The position numbers and the translations under genes were made by a program. The notes beneath the pieces are model-generated. The model saw only the letters and a list, made by a program, of their open reading frames with translations, had not been told where the DNA came from and made no database searches. 64,000 bases of DNA from an uncultured Poribacteria bacterium (GTDB taxonomy: Bacteria > Poribacteria > WGA-4E > WGA-3G), in the NCBI GenBank assembly GCA_958296135.2, contig CATQHZ020000001.1, positions 3,136,001 to 3,200,000 on the forward strand, written 5' to 3'. Below are positions 17,238-27,985 of the stretch, piece after piece (position 1 is the stretch's first letter; each line of letters begins with the position of its first letter).

Positions 17238-18011
17238 ATGAAACTAATCGCTTTTCTTCTCTGCGGCATTTTAGTGCTCCTGACCGGGTGCGGCTCCGAT
17301 GAAAGCGTCTCGCTATCGCAGTCTACGGAACTGTCAATACCGAACTACTTTCCCGATGAGCTCGGAAGCCGATGGGTATATAGCGGGCCCGACGGCAAGC
17401 AGTGGGTGAGGGAAGTGACGCATGAGCGGACTATTGGTGAAAACGTCTATCGTGTCTTTACGTATACTCCTCCCCTTGAAGATGTCACGTTCAACCTGTT
17501 GAGAATCTCTCAGTATCGCGTAACCCAGAATCGCGTGCTTACTTTCGTTGAAGACATCGACCGGTATGTGAAAGCCAAAGCCCCAGAGTTTCAGGTGCAG
17601 GGCGCGTTTGGAAGAATTGAATTTGAGGTACAGGTGGACTCAATATCCGAGCGTGAACTCGTTTTCTACCGCATCCCACCGACTCCCAACGTGCAGTGGG
17701 GTGTCCTTGACGTGAAGGTGGAAAGACGCGTTTTGCTGCAGGGATTAGAACTCCTACAACTCGCCTTTGAGATGCATTTGCGCATTGAAGGCACAGTTGT
17801 CGGCACTCCAAAAACTGTGCAAACACCCGCCGGCACCTTTGAAAACACCTATAAGATTGAATACCGGTCGGGATATACCTTCTTTATTATCGACGAAGAG
17901 GTGGCAACTCCCGAAGTCACCGACACCGTCTGGCTTGCACCCCATGTTGGCATTGTCCGATTTGAAAACGAGAGAGGGATAACCGAATTAGTGGACTACA
18001 CCCTACCCTAG
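17238..18011 (+). CDS. Lipoprotein of unknown function, copy 2
   Basis: Paralog of 16192-16968, with an AGGAGG RBS. Confidence 0.8.
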   Translation: MKLIAFLLCGILVLLTGCGSDESVSLSQSTELSIPNYFPDELGSRWVYSGPDGKQWVREVTHERTIGENVYRVFTYTPPLEDVTFNLLRISQYRVTQNRVLTFVEDIDRYVKAKAPEFQVQGAFGRIEFEVQVDSISERELVFYRIPPTPNVQWGVLDVKVERRVLLQGLELLQLAFEMHLRIEGTVVGTPKTVQTPAGTFENTYKIEYRSGYTFFIIDEEVATPEVTDTVWLAPHVGIVRFENERGITELVDYTLP

Positions 18012-18021
18012 GAATCGCGGC

Positions 18022-19080
18022 ATGAAAATCGTTGTCTTAAGCGATGGCAAGCCGGGGCACTACAATCAATCCTTAGGCATCGTCCAACGCCTGCCGGAAT
18101 GCGATACACGTTGGATAGACGTTCGTTTCCGCAGCAAACGGCGCGATAACCTCCTCCGTTGTCTGATGTGTCTGCTCGGATGGATGCCGTTGCCGCGTTG
18201 GCTTATGCACGTGCTCCTCCGCTGGAGCCTCCACAGCGATACCTATACCGCTATTTCAGACATCAATTCCGCCGATTGCATCCTCTCAACCGGTTCCTCA
18301 GTCGCTGCGGTTAACTTACTTCTCGGCGAAATTTTGCGGGCGAAGACGGTGACATGCCGCCGGCCTTCGCCGTTAGGCACTCGCGATTTTGACTTGGCTA
18401 TTCTTCCTATGCTCTCCTGGCCGCGCAGGCATCGCAAAAACGTCTGCAAAACCGTCGGTGTCTCGAACCAAATCTTGCCAGCCGATTTAGACGCGTTGAA
18501 AGCAGAGTTGGCGCATCCGGATTGCATGCGCATCGGTGTCCTCATCGGCGGCGCAGACAAACATGAAGACATCACCGAAGGAGACGCAGCGCGGCTGCTT
18601 GCCCTCTTATCCGCTGTCGCCGAAAAGACGGGGGCGGAGGTGTTAGTGACAACCTCTCGCCGAACACCGCGGCCTGTGAGAGATTGCCTCGCGAATATCC
18701 TCAAATCCGCGCCGTGGTGTCCTCTATTCGTTGAACCAGACGACTGTGCCCTGTCCACAACTGCAAGCCCCTATCAAGCCATTCTCGCCTTAAGCGAGCT
18801 GCTCATCGTCACGGCGGATAGTTTCTCGATGGTATGTGAGGCGGCGAGCAGCGGCAGACCGGTCATCGTGCTAACGCTGAGTCCCGCGCGCACCCTGGAA
18901 CCTAAGCGATATCAGGTCTACCGTTATTTAGTAGAGCGTTCCATCGTGCATCAATGCAGTTTGCACGATTTAGGGGAACGGGTTTTGCAATTGTTGCAGG
19001 AAAAGCACCAGCCTCATCCCCTTGATGATACGGCGACAGCGGTAGACGCTATCCGTCGCCTCTTTGACAGCACCATTTAG
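18022..19080 (+). CDS. ELM1/GtrOC1-like putative glycosyltransferase
   Basis: SDGKPGHYNQS, LIGG, TTSRRTP and TADSFSMVCEA..GRPV. Confidence 0.85.
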   Translation: MKIVVLSDGKPGHYNQSLGIVQRLPECDTRWIDVRFRSKRRDNLLRCLMCLLGWMPLPRWLMHVLLRWSLHSDTYTAISDINSADCILSTGSSVAAVNLLLGEILRAKTVTCRRPSPLGTRDFDLAILPMLSWPRRHRKNVCKTVGVSNQILPADLDALKAELAHPDCMRIGVLIGGADKHEDITEGDAARLLALLSAVAEKTGAEVLVTTSRRTPRPVRDCLANILKSAPWCPLFVEPDDCALSTTASPYQAILALSELLIVTADSFSMVCEAASSGRPVIVLTLSPARTLEPKRYQVYRYLVERSIVHQCSLHDLGERVLQLLQEKHQPHPLDDTATAVDAIRRLFDSTI

Positions 19081-19238
19081 TTTTCGGTTTTGATGTTGAC
19101 ATTGCAAACAACGCGCCTCCCTCCTTGTAGGGAAACCAGCTCGCCCGGTCTTGTCCTATTTGGGCTCGCTTGGAAACCTACATGCCAGAGCTTCGGACGA
19201 GCCTGAACTACAGAATAGGAGAATTGAACGCCTCTGAC

Positions 19239-19267
19239 TTGACATATTTTTCTATTGGTGTTATGCT
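19239..19267 (+). promoter_or_regulatory. Sigma70 promoter of glpK, TTGACA-N17-TATGCT
   Basis: Direct match about 50 bp upstream of the ATG. Confidence 0.6.
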
Positions 19268-19315
19268 AATGCACAACGCGCCAGCTGGCAAGAAACTATT
19301 TTTAGGAACCGAAAG

Positions 19316-20884
19316 ATGCCGAATTCTACCTACATTCTCTCGATCGACCAGGGCACGACCGGCACAACGGTGCTCCTCGTTGATGCGCACGGAGACATCG
19401 TTGCGCAAGGATACCGGGAATTCACGCAGCACTATCCGCGCCCCGGCTGGGTAGAGCATGACGCGGAGGAAATCTGGGCGGTGACGCAACTCGCCATCGC
19501 CGATGTGCTAGACTCCCTTCGCTCCGATGCGCGCGCGGACATCGCCGCTGTCGGGATTGCCAATCAACGCGAAACCACCGTCGTTTGGGAACGGAAAACC
19601 GGGAAACCCATCCATCCGGCGATTGTGTGGCAGTGCCGCCGAACAACTGAGAGATGTGCCGCCCTCAAACAGCAGGGACTCGAGGAACTCGTCAAAGCAA
19701 AAACAGGCTTAGTGTTGGATCCTTATTTTTCAGGGACGAAGGTGGCATGGATTCTTGACGAGGTAGAGGGGGCGCGGGAACGCGCCGAACGCGGGGAACT
19801 CGCCTTCGGCACGATAGACACGTGGCTCCTCTGGAAATTGACAGATGGAAACGTTCACAAAACCGACTATACCAATGCCTCGCGGACTTTGCTGTTTAAT
19901 ATTGAGACACTCACATGGGACGATACGTTGTTGGATATTTTCAATGTCCCGAAAGCGATTTTGCCGGAAGTTTGCCCATCTGGCGGAATCTTTGGAGAGG
20001 CGGAAATATCAGGATTGGTAGGAAAGGGAAACCTGTCGGAACCGGGGAGTTTCTCCTATCGGGGAGAATCGAGACCGGGGGGTTTCTCCTACCGGGTGCC
20101 GATTGCGGGAATTGCGGGGGACCAGCAGGCCGCCCTCTTCGGGCAATTGTGTCTGAAACCGGGCATGGCGAAGAATACCTACGGCACCGGCTGTTTCCTG
20201 ATGCTCAACACCGGTTCACAGCGGGTGCACTCGGGGACAGGCCTTTTGACGACGCTCGCTTGTGGCTTAACGGATGCGCCCGTTTATGCATTGGAGGGGA
20301 GTGTCTTCGTCGCTGGTGCCGCCGTGCAGTGGCTCCGTGATGGTATCCGAATTATTGAGACAGCCGCAGAGACAGAGAGTGCCGCGAACCGAGTTGCGGA
20401 TTCCGATGGCGTGTTTGTCGTACCAGCATTTACCGGGCTCGGCGCGCCGTATTGGGACGCAGAGGCGCGGGGTGCCATCTTCGGCTTAACGCGCGGCACC
20501 ACGCGCGAGCATCTTATCCGCGCAACGTTGGAGGCAATCGCGTTTCAATCCACAGATGTCGTCACGGCGATGTTGACAGATGCAGACATGACGCTGGAGA
20601 AATTGCGCGTTGATGGCGGTGCTGTCGCGAACGACTTCCTGATGCAATTTCAGGCAGATATTTTGGGGATAGCGGTAGAACGGCCCCGCTGCATTGAAAC
20701 AACAGGGCTTGGTGCTGCGTATCTCGCAGGGCTTGCAACCGGTGTGTGGCAAGACGCGGCGGAACTTGAGGCATCCCGCGCCGTTGAGCGTCTCTTTTCG
20801 CCACAGATGGATGCAAACCGCCGCGCCGAAAAATTGGCGGGGTGGAAAGACGCTGTGCGGCGGGTAATGCCCCGCAATTCGTAG
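19316..20884 (+). CDS. glpK: Glycerol kinase with a ~22-aa REP-derived insertion
   Basis: [48 protein letters not shown] and VDGG. Confidence 0.96.
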   Translation: MPNSTYILSIDQGTTGTTVLLVDAHGDIVAQGYREFTQHYPRPGWVEHDAEEIWAVTQLAIADVLDSLRSDARADIAAVGIANQRETTVVWERKTGKPIHPAIVWQCRRTTERCAALKQQGLEELVKAKTGLVLDPYFSGTKVAWILDEVEGARERAERGELAFGTIDTWLLWKLTDGNVHKTDYTNASRTLLFNIETLTWDDTLLDIFNVPKAILPEVCPSGGIFGEAEISGLVGKGNLSEPGSFSYRGESRPGGFSYRVPIAGIAGDQQAALFGQLCLKPGMAKNTYGTGCFLMLNTGSQRVHSGTGLLTTLACGLTDAPVYALEGSVFVAGAAVQWLRDGIRIIETAAETESAANRVADSDGVFVVPAFTGLGAPYWDAEARGAIFGLTRGTTREHLIRATLEAIAFQSTDVVTAMLTDADMTLEKLRVDGGAVANDFLMQFQADILGIAVERPRCIETTGLGAAYLAGLATGVWQDAAELEASRAVERLFSPQMDANRRAEKLAGWKDAVRRVMPRNS

Positions 20885-21025
20885 GGCGAGGGCCGCCACG
20901 CTCACGCCTACAGAAAACGTGCGTGTGTCGCACCGCGAAAGCACACTACCTTTAACGCTGTCAGCTCTGCGGGTTTTCCGGCAGAGATGTCCACTGTTCC
21001 TCGCCATGTTCCGACAGTTAAAAAA

Positions 21026-22723
21026 ATGCGACTTCAATGGAAATACTCCCTCGTGATTAACCTCACCGTTGTGGCGGTGCTGGTGGCGTTCTACTTTTTT
21101 GATAGCATCCGGGTGCGTCGCGAGATGAATGCCTTGCACGCCCTCGGTGCGGAGCGCGGTGCAGAACTGAAAAAAATCGCGGAAGGGACGATTCTGAATG
21201 CCGTTCTCCGAGAATTGGAGACCGGACACACCTTTGATGCAGCACGGATTGACGCGGTGCTGCGGCAACTCAAGCAGGAACATCCTGATATGAAGGACGT
21301 GATAAACATTCACGTCTCTTTAGACGATACCCGCATCCGCTCCAGTTTACTCACACGTGGCGATACGACAGGGATAAACCTTGACGCGGCAGACTTGGCG
21401 CAAATTGAGGCAAAAGGCGCGAAGATAGACACCGTGGAAGGACAGAACGCCACCGCTATCGTGATTAAATACCTCGTTTCATTGGTTGCTCCTAGGCAGA
21501 TTGAACTGGCCGGCGGCTACGGCAATCCCCCCTTGCAGGAGACGTATGAAACGATGCTAGACAGCGGGAGTATCCATTTTGAGTTGTGGAAGGTGCTCGT
21601 CGCGAACGACATTTATGTTCTTGACGCGGCAGTAACGGTGGAAAAACCCGGCACCCGTTGGCAGATTACGGACAAAGAGAGGGGCAATATCTATACCCTC
21701 TGGAAACAGGAGGAGACGTTGTGGGTGCAAAAATTGCAAACCGGCTATGTCCAGGTGCTTTTCAATGTCCCAGATATTGACAAATCGATCCGATACTCGC
21801 TGCTGATGCACGCTGGGCTGATAGTCCTTGTCGGTGCCCTGCTTGTTATCCTGATCGATCTGGCGACGAATCATCTCGTCATGAAACCGCTGGAACGGAT
21901 GACGCGCATTATCCAAAACGGCGGGGAGGTAGCCGCTCATCAACAAACCTATTCGTCTGACGAGATTGGGCGGGCAACGCATAACCTCGTGCGGATGCTG
22001 TGGCAGCTCCAGGAATCGCACTCAAAACGGATTGCGGCGTTAGGACAGTTCGCCGTTGGCATCGCGCACGAAATTCGGAATCCGCTGAATTCCATTGGGA
22101 TGACAGCGCAGCATCTCAAGGCAGTCTTCGCGCAACCCAAAGTGGCACCGGAAGATATTGAGGAGGCGAAGGAGCTCCTAGACATCGTCAACCAAAAAAT
22201 TGATGAACTGAAACAGATTTCGGCGCAATTTCTCACCTTAAACCGGCCGCGGAAGTTAAACGTTGAGCCGGTCGAGCTCAATTCGCTCGTGGAGCGGATG
22301 TTATCGGAGTTCGCGCTCGTCGCGGAGGAAGCGAAGGTGCAGCTGATTCGGAATTACGATGCAGACTTGCCCGCTGTCTCATTGGATACGGCGTTAATGC
22401 GGCAGACGCTCTTTAACTTCATTCAAAACAGCATCCAAGCGATGCCCAAGGGCGGGAGCATCTATATTACGACAACGCTTGAGCAGACGGAAGCGGAACG
22501 CTTTGTTGTGATTGAGATTCGGGATACCGGCACCGGGATTCCAGAGGAATTTCAGGAACAGATTTACGATGCCTATTTCACGACGAAGGAGGCAAGTGGG
22601 GGCATCGGGCTCGGGCTCGCCATTTCGCACCAGATCATCGCCGCGCACAAGGGGAAGATTGAGATGCGAAGCAAAATGGGGATGGGCACCGCTTTTAAAA
22701 TCAGTTTCCCGCTCAAGGCATAG
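21026..22723 (+). CDS. Membrane sensor histidine kinase
   Basis: Two TM helices, HAMP-like region, AHEIRNPL, NSIQAM, DTGTGI and GLGL. Confidence 0.92.
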   Translation: MRLQWKYSLVINLTVVAVLVAFYFFDSIRVRREMNALHALGAERGAELKKIAEGTILNAVLRELETGHTFDAARIDAVLRQLKQEHPDMKDVINIHVSLDDTRIRSSLLTRGDTTGINLDAADLAQIEAKGAKIDTVEGQNATAIVIKYLVSLVAPRQIELAGGYGNPPLQETYETMLDSGSIHFELWKVLVANDIYVLDAAVTVEKPGTRWQITDKERGNIYTLWKQEETLWVQKLQTGYVQVLFNVPDIDKSIRYSLLMHAGLIVLVGALLVILIDLATNHLVMKPLERMTRIIQNGGEVAAHQQTYSSDEIGRATHNLVRMLWQLQESHSKRIAALGQFAVGIAHEIRNPLNSIGMTAQHLKAVFAQPKVAPEDIEEAKELLDIVNQKIDELKQISAQFLTLNRPRKLNVEPVELNSLVERMLSEFALVAEEAKVQLIRNYDADLPAVSLDTALMRQTLFNFIQNSIQAMPKGGSIYITTTLEQTEAERFVVIEIRDTGTGIPEEFQEQIYDAYFTTKEASGGIGLGLAISHQIIAAHKGKIEMRSKMGMGTAFKISFPLKA

Positions 22724-22888
22724 AACCTGTAGGCGCGATTTTCAGACGCGCTCGCTCAGGGTGTCACCGCGCGCTTTTACTTGTAAGGGCGGATGTATCT
22801 ATCTATCCGATACGTCGACAACCGCGCTCGTGGTAGCGTGCGCGCTTTTACCGGAATGATAATGTTTCAACCTTACGGAGGACCCAAA

Positions 22889-24304
22889 ATGCCGTCAATA
22901 CTTCTCGTAGACGACGATGCGGCACAACTGACGATTTTACAGCGCATCTTGAAACGCGAAGGCTATACCGTCGCAACAGTCGGCGACAGCAAAGCCGCCC
23001 TCGCCGCCATTGAAGAAAAGATGTTTGACCTGGTTATCAGCGACATGTGGATGTCCTCACGTTTTGAAGGCCGGGCCCTGCTCCGGGAGATAAAACGGAA
23101 CGATCCGGACCTGCCGGTGCTCATCATGACAGCGTTTGCGGAGCTCAACGATGCTGTCAACCTTGTCGCGCACGAAGGCGCGTTTTATTACCTTGAGAAA
23201 CCGATCCAGATCGATGTCCTGAAGCGCGAGGTCCAGCATGCCTTGCAAACCCGCGGCGCGTTCAGCTCCCAAAGCAACACCGATAGCGATGAGACTATAC
23301 CGGACATCCGTTTCAATAACATCATCGGCGAGAGTGAGCAGATGCAACATCTCTTCAAAAACATGTCCCGCATCATCCACCGCGGTGTCACGCAGGTGCT
23401 TATTACCGGTGAAACGGGGACGGGGAAAAGCCTCATCGCGCGCGCGCTTCATAAACATGGGGCCCGAGGAGAACATCCGTTTGTCTCGATTAACTGTGGT
23501 GCTATTCCCGATACGCTCATTGAAAGCGAGCTCTTTGGGCATGAAAAGGGCGCGTTCACCGACGCGGTGACAGAGAAGAAGGGGCTGTTTGAGGTGGCAA
23601 ATCACGGTGTCCTCTTCCTTGACGAAATCGGGGATATGCCGATTCAGACGCAGAGCAAACTGCTGCATGTGCTGGAGGAGCGTGAGATTCGCCGAATCGG
23701 CGGCACGCAGAATATGAAGGTGGATGTGTGTGTGCTTGCCGCCACCAACAAAAACCTGATTGAGGCGGTCCGGGATAACGTTTTCCGCGAAGATCTTTAC
23801 TTCCGATTGAACGTCATCCCGCTTCACGTGCCGCCGCTGCGGGAACGCCCGGGGGACATTCCGCCGCTCGTGAATTTCCTTATCCAGAAATTCAGCACCG
23901 AATACGCCGGAGCACCGCCGAAGCAGTTCACGCCGCAGGCGATGTCCGTGCTCAGACGATATCAGTGGCCGGGCAATATCCGTCAATTGGAGAACTATCT
24001 CCGCCGCATCTTTGTGCTTTCGGAGAACGAGGTGATTGACAAAGAGGAATTGCCGCCGGAAATTCTAGATACCTCGCTGCCTGTCACGGACGTTGAGTTT
24101 GATATTCTAGAGGCCGGTGTCTCCTTGGAGGAGATTATCAAAGAGTACGTGTGCAGCGCGTTGACGAAAACCAACGGACAGCAGATCAAGGCGGCGCAGT
24201 TGTTGGGAATTTCGCGCCGCAAACTGCAGCACCGGATGCAGAAATATGGACTGCACAGCCAAGATTTTAAAAACAACACGACTGACGCTGTAGGCGCGCT
24301 TTGA
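22889..24304 (+). CDS. NtrC-family sigma54-dependent response regulator
   Basis: REC domain, GETGTGKS, ESELFGHEKGAFTDA, WPGNIRQL and Fis-type HTH. Confidence 0.95.
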   Translation: MPSILLVDDDAAQLTILQRILKREGYTVATVGDSKAALAAIEEKMFDLVISDMWMSSRFEGRALLREIKRNDPDLPVLIMTAFAELNDAVNLVAHEGAFYYLEKPIQIDVLKREVQHALQTRGAFSSQSNTDSDETIPDIRFNNIIGESEQMQHLFKNMSRIIHRGVTQVLITGETGTGKSLIARALHKHGARGEHPFVSINCGAIPDTLIESELFGHEKGAFTDAVTEKKGLFEVANHGVLFLDEIGDMPIQTQSKLLHVLEEREIRRIGGTQNMKVDVCVLAATNKNLIEAVRDNVFREDLYFRLNVIPLHVPPLRERPGDIPPLVNFLIQKFSTEYAGAPPKQFTPQAMSVLRRYQWPGNIRQLENYLRRIFVLSENEVIDKEELPPEILDTSLPVTDVEFDILEAGVSLEEIIKEYVCSALTKTNGQQIKAAQLLGISRRKLQHRMQKYGLHSQDFKNNTTDAVGAL

Positions 24305-24316
24305 GAGCGCGCCTAC
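24290..24316. repeat. REP-like inverted repeat GTAGGCGCGCT-ttgag-AGCGCGCCTAC between convergent genes (possible terminator)
   Basis: Perfect 11-bp arms. Related copies at ~22729, 27951, 29689-29735, 36653-36710 and 56405-56453. Confidence 0.75.
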
Positions 24317-24324
24317 GGGAAACG

Positions 24325-26415
24325 TTAAAATGTCACCGTCATCCCTAACGTCGGCAGGATGGGAAGCTGCGGTTCTTCCTCAATGGCACATCCGATGCTC
24401 TTACCCGTGTCTTCATCGCGTATTTCACTGAACGCGTATTGGTCTACGTTCGTGTGATTGTAGAGGTTTAAGATTTGGAAATACCAGGTGAGTTCCCACC
24501 GTCGGTAGGGGCTTCGTTTGGTAATCCGAAAATCGAGGCTATGATATGCCGGCAGTCGTTCCGAATGAGTCTCGCCAAACTGCCGGTCGCACGCGATACC
24601 GCCGTTCGGCAATGTCACTTCCGTGTGAGTCAACGGTGTTCTCGGTTCCCCGCTGTGGAACCGCCAGCTAACATAGAGGTGCCATGTCGGCGAAAGTTGG
24701 CGACTGCTGCTCAGTGCGAGAGAATGCCGCCTGTCATACTGTCGAAAAATGGTTTCATCGCCAGCCACTTCCTCTGCGATAGCGTAAGCGTAGCCGATGC
24801 TCCATGTCCATTTATCAGAAATGGCGTGCGTTACGAAGAGATCGAGCCCGCGGGCGTCCCCCGATGCCGGTGTGGCGAAAATTTGGTTCTGCCGTCCGAA
24901 CTCCCTGAGCCGCCCTGCGAGATTGGCAAATCGGTTGTAATATCCCTCCACGCGCACCAAGAAATTGGGGGTTGGCGAGTATTCACCGCCGAGGATGTAG
25001 TGGGTGGCTTGCTCAGCGCGGCCGACGGTGTTCACGCCATCTTCCACCGGCACTCCCATCAGATGAACCGGTTGATGGTAGATGCCCCACGCGCCGCGCA
25101 ATACGAGGTTTTCTGTCGCTTGCAGTGCTAGTGCGATGCGCGGGCCAATTTCATACCGCTGAATTCCTGTCTCCCGATAATTTTGAAACACGTAACGTCC
25201 ACCGACATTGAGCGCGAGTTTTGGATGCAACTGCCATTCGTCCTGCAGAAACGCCTTGAATTCGTTGCCGCTGTCGTCAAAATTGACTTGAATCGGTTTA
25301 TAGACGTTTATTCCTGCCTGCCGTTCCTGCACGTCATAATCGTATTGTGCCGCCAGCCACCGCCACGAAATTCCGGTGCGGAACGTGTGTTGTTCAAGCA
25401 CGTTCGCCGTAAATTCTGCCTTTGTGCCGAGGAATCGGAAGTCGCGTTTGTCAAAATCCGCCTTTCCGGTCGTCCTGTCTTGCCGTGCGGTGCCGCCGAA
25501 AACATACACATCTGTCCAATGCGCCGCGCCGAGTTCGTGCTGCCACTTCGCCCACACCGTTGAATTGTGATAGAGGGAGTCCAAGTTGTTATCCATATCA
25601 TCGACGCGGATGCGGTTCTTATCCCAGCCGTATAACCCGTTGAGCGTGAGTGTATCTGTCTCCGTTATCTGGTACGTCAGTTTTCCGTAGGCATCGGCGT
25701 ATTGCGGGTTATACATTTCGTCAATATCTATGAGCGCGAGGATTAGATCGACGTAGCCGCGACGCGCTGACAGGAGCCAACCGCCTTTATCCGTGAGCGG
25801 GCCTTCCACTATCGCGGTTGCATTAATCAGGTCCAACCCGAGATTTGCGGAGACTTTCTCGGCGTTCACAGCCTTTGTGGTGATGTCAAACACGCCGGAC
25901 ATCTTGTCGCCGTATGCTGCAGGGAAGCCGCCCATGAACAGTTCAGCACGCTGGATGAGCCCGAGTCCTATCAGGGATACCGCGCCGCCGAAATCTTGTA
26001 GATGATAGGGGTTGTAGAGTTCCATTCCATCTAATCTGACAGAGATGTCGTCTTTTTCGCCGCCGCGCACACTGAACCGCGCGCTGTAGTCTGACGCTAC
26101 TACGCCGGGAAAAATATGTCCGGCCCGCATGATGTCGTTGTCGACGAGAGGAAAGCGTTCGATCTCTTGCTTTGATAGCGAGAGCCGTGCGGATGCTCCG
26201 TCGTCCATCGTGAACCTGCCGGGGGTGACGACGATTTTTTGCAATTGGATAGGTTCTGTCTCCTCCTGCGCGAGAACTCCACCGCCTACGGGAAAAAAAG
26301 CGGTGCCTCCCCAGAACAAAATGGCGAGCATGAAACGCATCAAAAACCGAGTCAGGCACCCTACTTTCGCAGGACGACACAGGCAGTCTGCAAGAGGCGT
26401 TAGGGTTGTGTTCAT
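24325..26415 (-). CDS. TonB-dependent receptor
   Basis: IVVT box, plug motifs FSVRGG and GGFPAAYGDKMSGV, NLYN..N and terminal Phe. Confidence 0.9.
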   Translation of the reverse strand: MNTTLTPLADCLCRPAKVGCLTRFLMRFMLAILFWGGTAFFPVGGGVLAQEETEPIQLQKIVVTPGRFTMDDGASARLSLSKQEIERFPLVDNDIMRAGHIFPGVVASDYSARFSVRGGEKDDISVRLDGMELYNPYHLQDFGGAVSLIGLGLIQRAELFMGGFPAAYGDKMSGVFDITTKAVNAEKVSANLGLDLINATAIVEGPLTDKGGWLLSARRGYVDLILALIDIDEMYNPQYADAYGKLTYQITETDTLTLNGLYGWDKNRIRVDDMDNNLDSLYHNSTVWAKWQHELGAAHWTDVYVFGGTARQDRTTGKADFDKRDFRFLGTKAEFTANVLEQHTFRTGISWRWLAAQYDYDVQERQAGINVYKPIQVNFDDSGNEFKAFLQDEWQLHPKLALNVGGRYVFQNYRETGIQRYEIGPRIALALQATENLVLRGAWGIYHQPVHLMGVPVEDGVNTVGRAEQATHYILGGEYSPTPNFLVRVEGYYNRFANLAGRLREFGRQNQIFATPASGDARGLDLFVTHAISDKWTWSIGYAYAIAEEVAGDETIFRQYDRRHSLALSSSRQLSPTWHLYVSWRFHSGEPRTPLTHTEVTLPNGGIACDRQFGETHSERLPAYHSLDFRITKRSPYRRWELTWYFQILNLYNHTNVDQYAFSEIRDEDTGKSIGCAIEEEPQLPILPTLGMTVTF

Positions 26416-26450
26416 TCAGTTGCCCTCTCAAAAAATTGTTTCTATTAGGC

Positions 26451-26480
26451 ATTATAACATAGAGTGAGAGGGTTTGTCAA
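26451..26480 (-). promoter_or_regulatory. Sigma70 promoter TTGACA-N18-TATAAT
   Basis: Perfect hexamers upstream of the TonB-dependent receptor gene. Confidence 0.7.
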
Positions 26481-26493
26481 CAACCGCGCCATG

Positions 26494-27933
26494 TCAAATA
26501 TCCGACCGGAAAAATTTCAGAAACGCCAGCGTCGTCAGCACCACTGCCCAGAGACAGAGCAACAACACATCAACAACCGAGTGAATGAGCGTGTCTGACA
26601 CGGAGGGAATCGGCAGCTCGGGCGCGGGCGGGAGCTTTTCCTCCTCTTTCTTTGACTTATCGGTGTTCATCCGAGCGGCGATGCGGAAAATCTGGGCAAA
26701 TTGATCATCGGAGATCTTGCTGAAATGTTCCTCATCCAGCCGCTCATAATACCGTTCGCCTGTCTCGAAGTAGGCCTCGCGCTTGATTACGCCGGTTTCC
26801 GTTAAGTTCATGGCGATGTAGGTGAGGGACGATGTCGGCGCGAGACGCGATAGCGTTGCGCCGAGTTCTTCTTGCCGCACTTTTTGCCGCTGAAACTCCC
26901 GGTCGATTTTGTCCGCTTCGTTCTGGAATCGTTGCCGATAGTCCTCTTCAATCGGCGCGCGCAATTCCTGATATTTCTTTTGATCCGTCTGGGTATTAAT
27001 CTCAAGACGCCCGCCTTTCGACATCTCCGCAAACATCTTGGTGTTGATTTTGTTCTGCATTTCCTCATTGAGGTTATTTCGCAGTGCGGTTCTCTGCATA
27101 TAGACACTTTGCTCCGTCTGCGTCGGCGAAATCAGTTTCGCCGCCAGAAAGCCGGCCCGCGGTGCAATCAGCACCGCAAACACCCAAAACGTGAACGCCA
27201 CGATGAGGGCCGTCTTGGAACTGTCTAAAAATGTGGAAATCAGCACGCCTATCGCGAAAAACACGGCGATGTAGAGCAGCGAGATACCTGTCAGCAAGAG
27301 GACACGCGGCCAGATCTCGGGTTCACCGAGGGGGAAGCCTTGCCAGACAATCACGAATAAGCCCAAGAGAAACGCCACCAAGAACGGCACGACGAACACG
27401 AGATACCCGCCTATCAACTTGCTCCACAGAAACAGATCACGCGGTAGCGGATTGGACAAGGTTATCCGAATCGTGCCCGCTTCTCTTTCGCCGGCAACGG
27501 CATCGAACGTGAACAGCAACGCGAGCAGACTGAAGACGGTGCTGACGACGAAGAGAAAGTCAAGATTGCCGAGCACGTAGGAGAGGGATGATTGTGCGAG
27601 GCCGGTGGCCCCTTGCCGTACACCGTTGCGCGTCATGCCGAGATAACTCGGTAGTGCCTCCTCTAACCCGTTCGCGAAGACGCTGAGCGATGTGGGTTTG
27701 AGGAAGAGTTTGGCTACCTCAGCATTGGGGTTTTGTGCATCCGGCGGATTCTCTTCTGCCTCGGCGCGGGTGCGTTTGACGGCTTCTTGGTAATCGACAA
27801 GGTTGCGTTGATACTTCCCGTAGTTGGTGGAAAGTGTGAGCGGGATGAGCAAGACACACATCAGCAGCAACGCGACAAACCGCGAGCTCAGCACGTGATG
27901 CATTATCTCTTTTTGGATTAACGTTAAGAACAT
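26494..27933 (-). CDS. ABC-2 type transporter permease subunit
   Basis: LIQKEI, FDAVAGEREAGT, SKLIGG and multiple TM helices. Confidence 0.85.
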   Translation of the reverse strand: MFLTLIQKEIMHHVLSSRFVALLLMCVLLIPLTLSTNYGKYQRNLVDYQEAVKRTRAEAEENPPDAQNPNAEVAKLFLKPTSLSVFANGLEEALPSYLGMTRNGVRQGATGLAQSSLSYVLGNLDFLFVVSTVFSLLALLFTFDAVAGEREAGTIRITLSNPLPRDLFLWSKLIGGYLVFVVPFLVAFLLGLFVIVWQGFPLGEPEIWPRVLLLTGISLLYIAVFFAIGVLISTFLDSSKTALIVAFTFWVFAVLIAPRAGFLAAKLISPTQTEQSVYMQRTALRNNLNEEMQNKINTKMFAEMSKGGRLEINTQTDQKKYQELRAPIEEDYRQRFQNEADKIDREFQRQKVRQEELGATLSRLAPTSSLTYIAMNLTETGVIKREAYFETGERYYERLDEEHFSKISDDQFAQIFRIAARMNTDKSKKEEEKLPPAPELPIPSVSDTLIHSVVDVLLLCLWAVVLTTLAFLKFFRSDI

Positions 27934-27985
27934 ATTGGCTCCTCAATGTTGGTAAGCGCGGTTTGAAACCGCGCCGACTCACGGG

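Larger units (their letters stand above)
16044..18132. repeat. Tandem duplication (1046 + 1043 bp) spanning the FGE gene 3' end, a lipoprotein gene and the ELM1 gene 5' end
   Basis: 16044-17089 versus 17090-18132, with junction microhomology TCCG. Confidence 0.95.

Noticed and set aside
23057-23986. Long antisense ORFs (also 20486-21313, 45042-45824, 49911-50678, 52648-53565, 60552-61397, 61669-62358)
   Set aside because: These are shadows of well-supported genes on the opposite strand and show no recognisable motifs.
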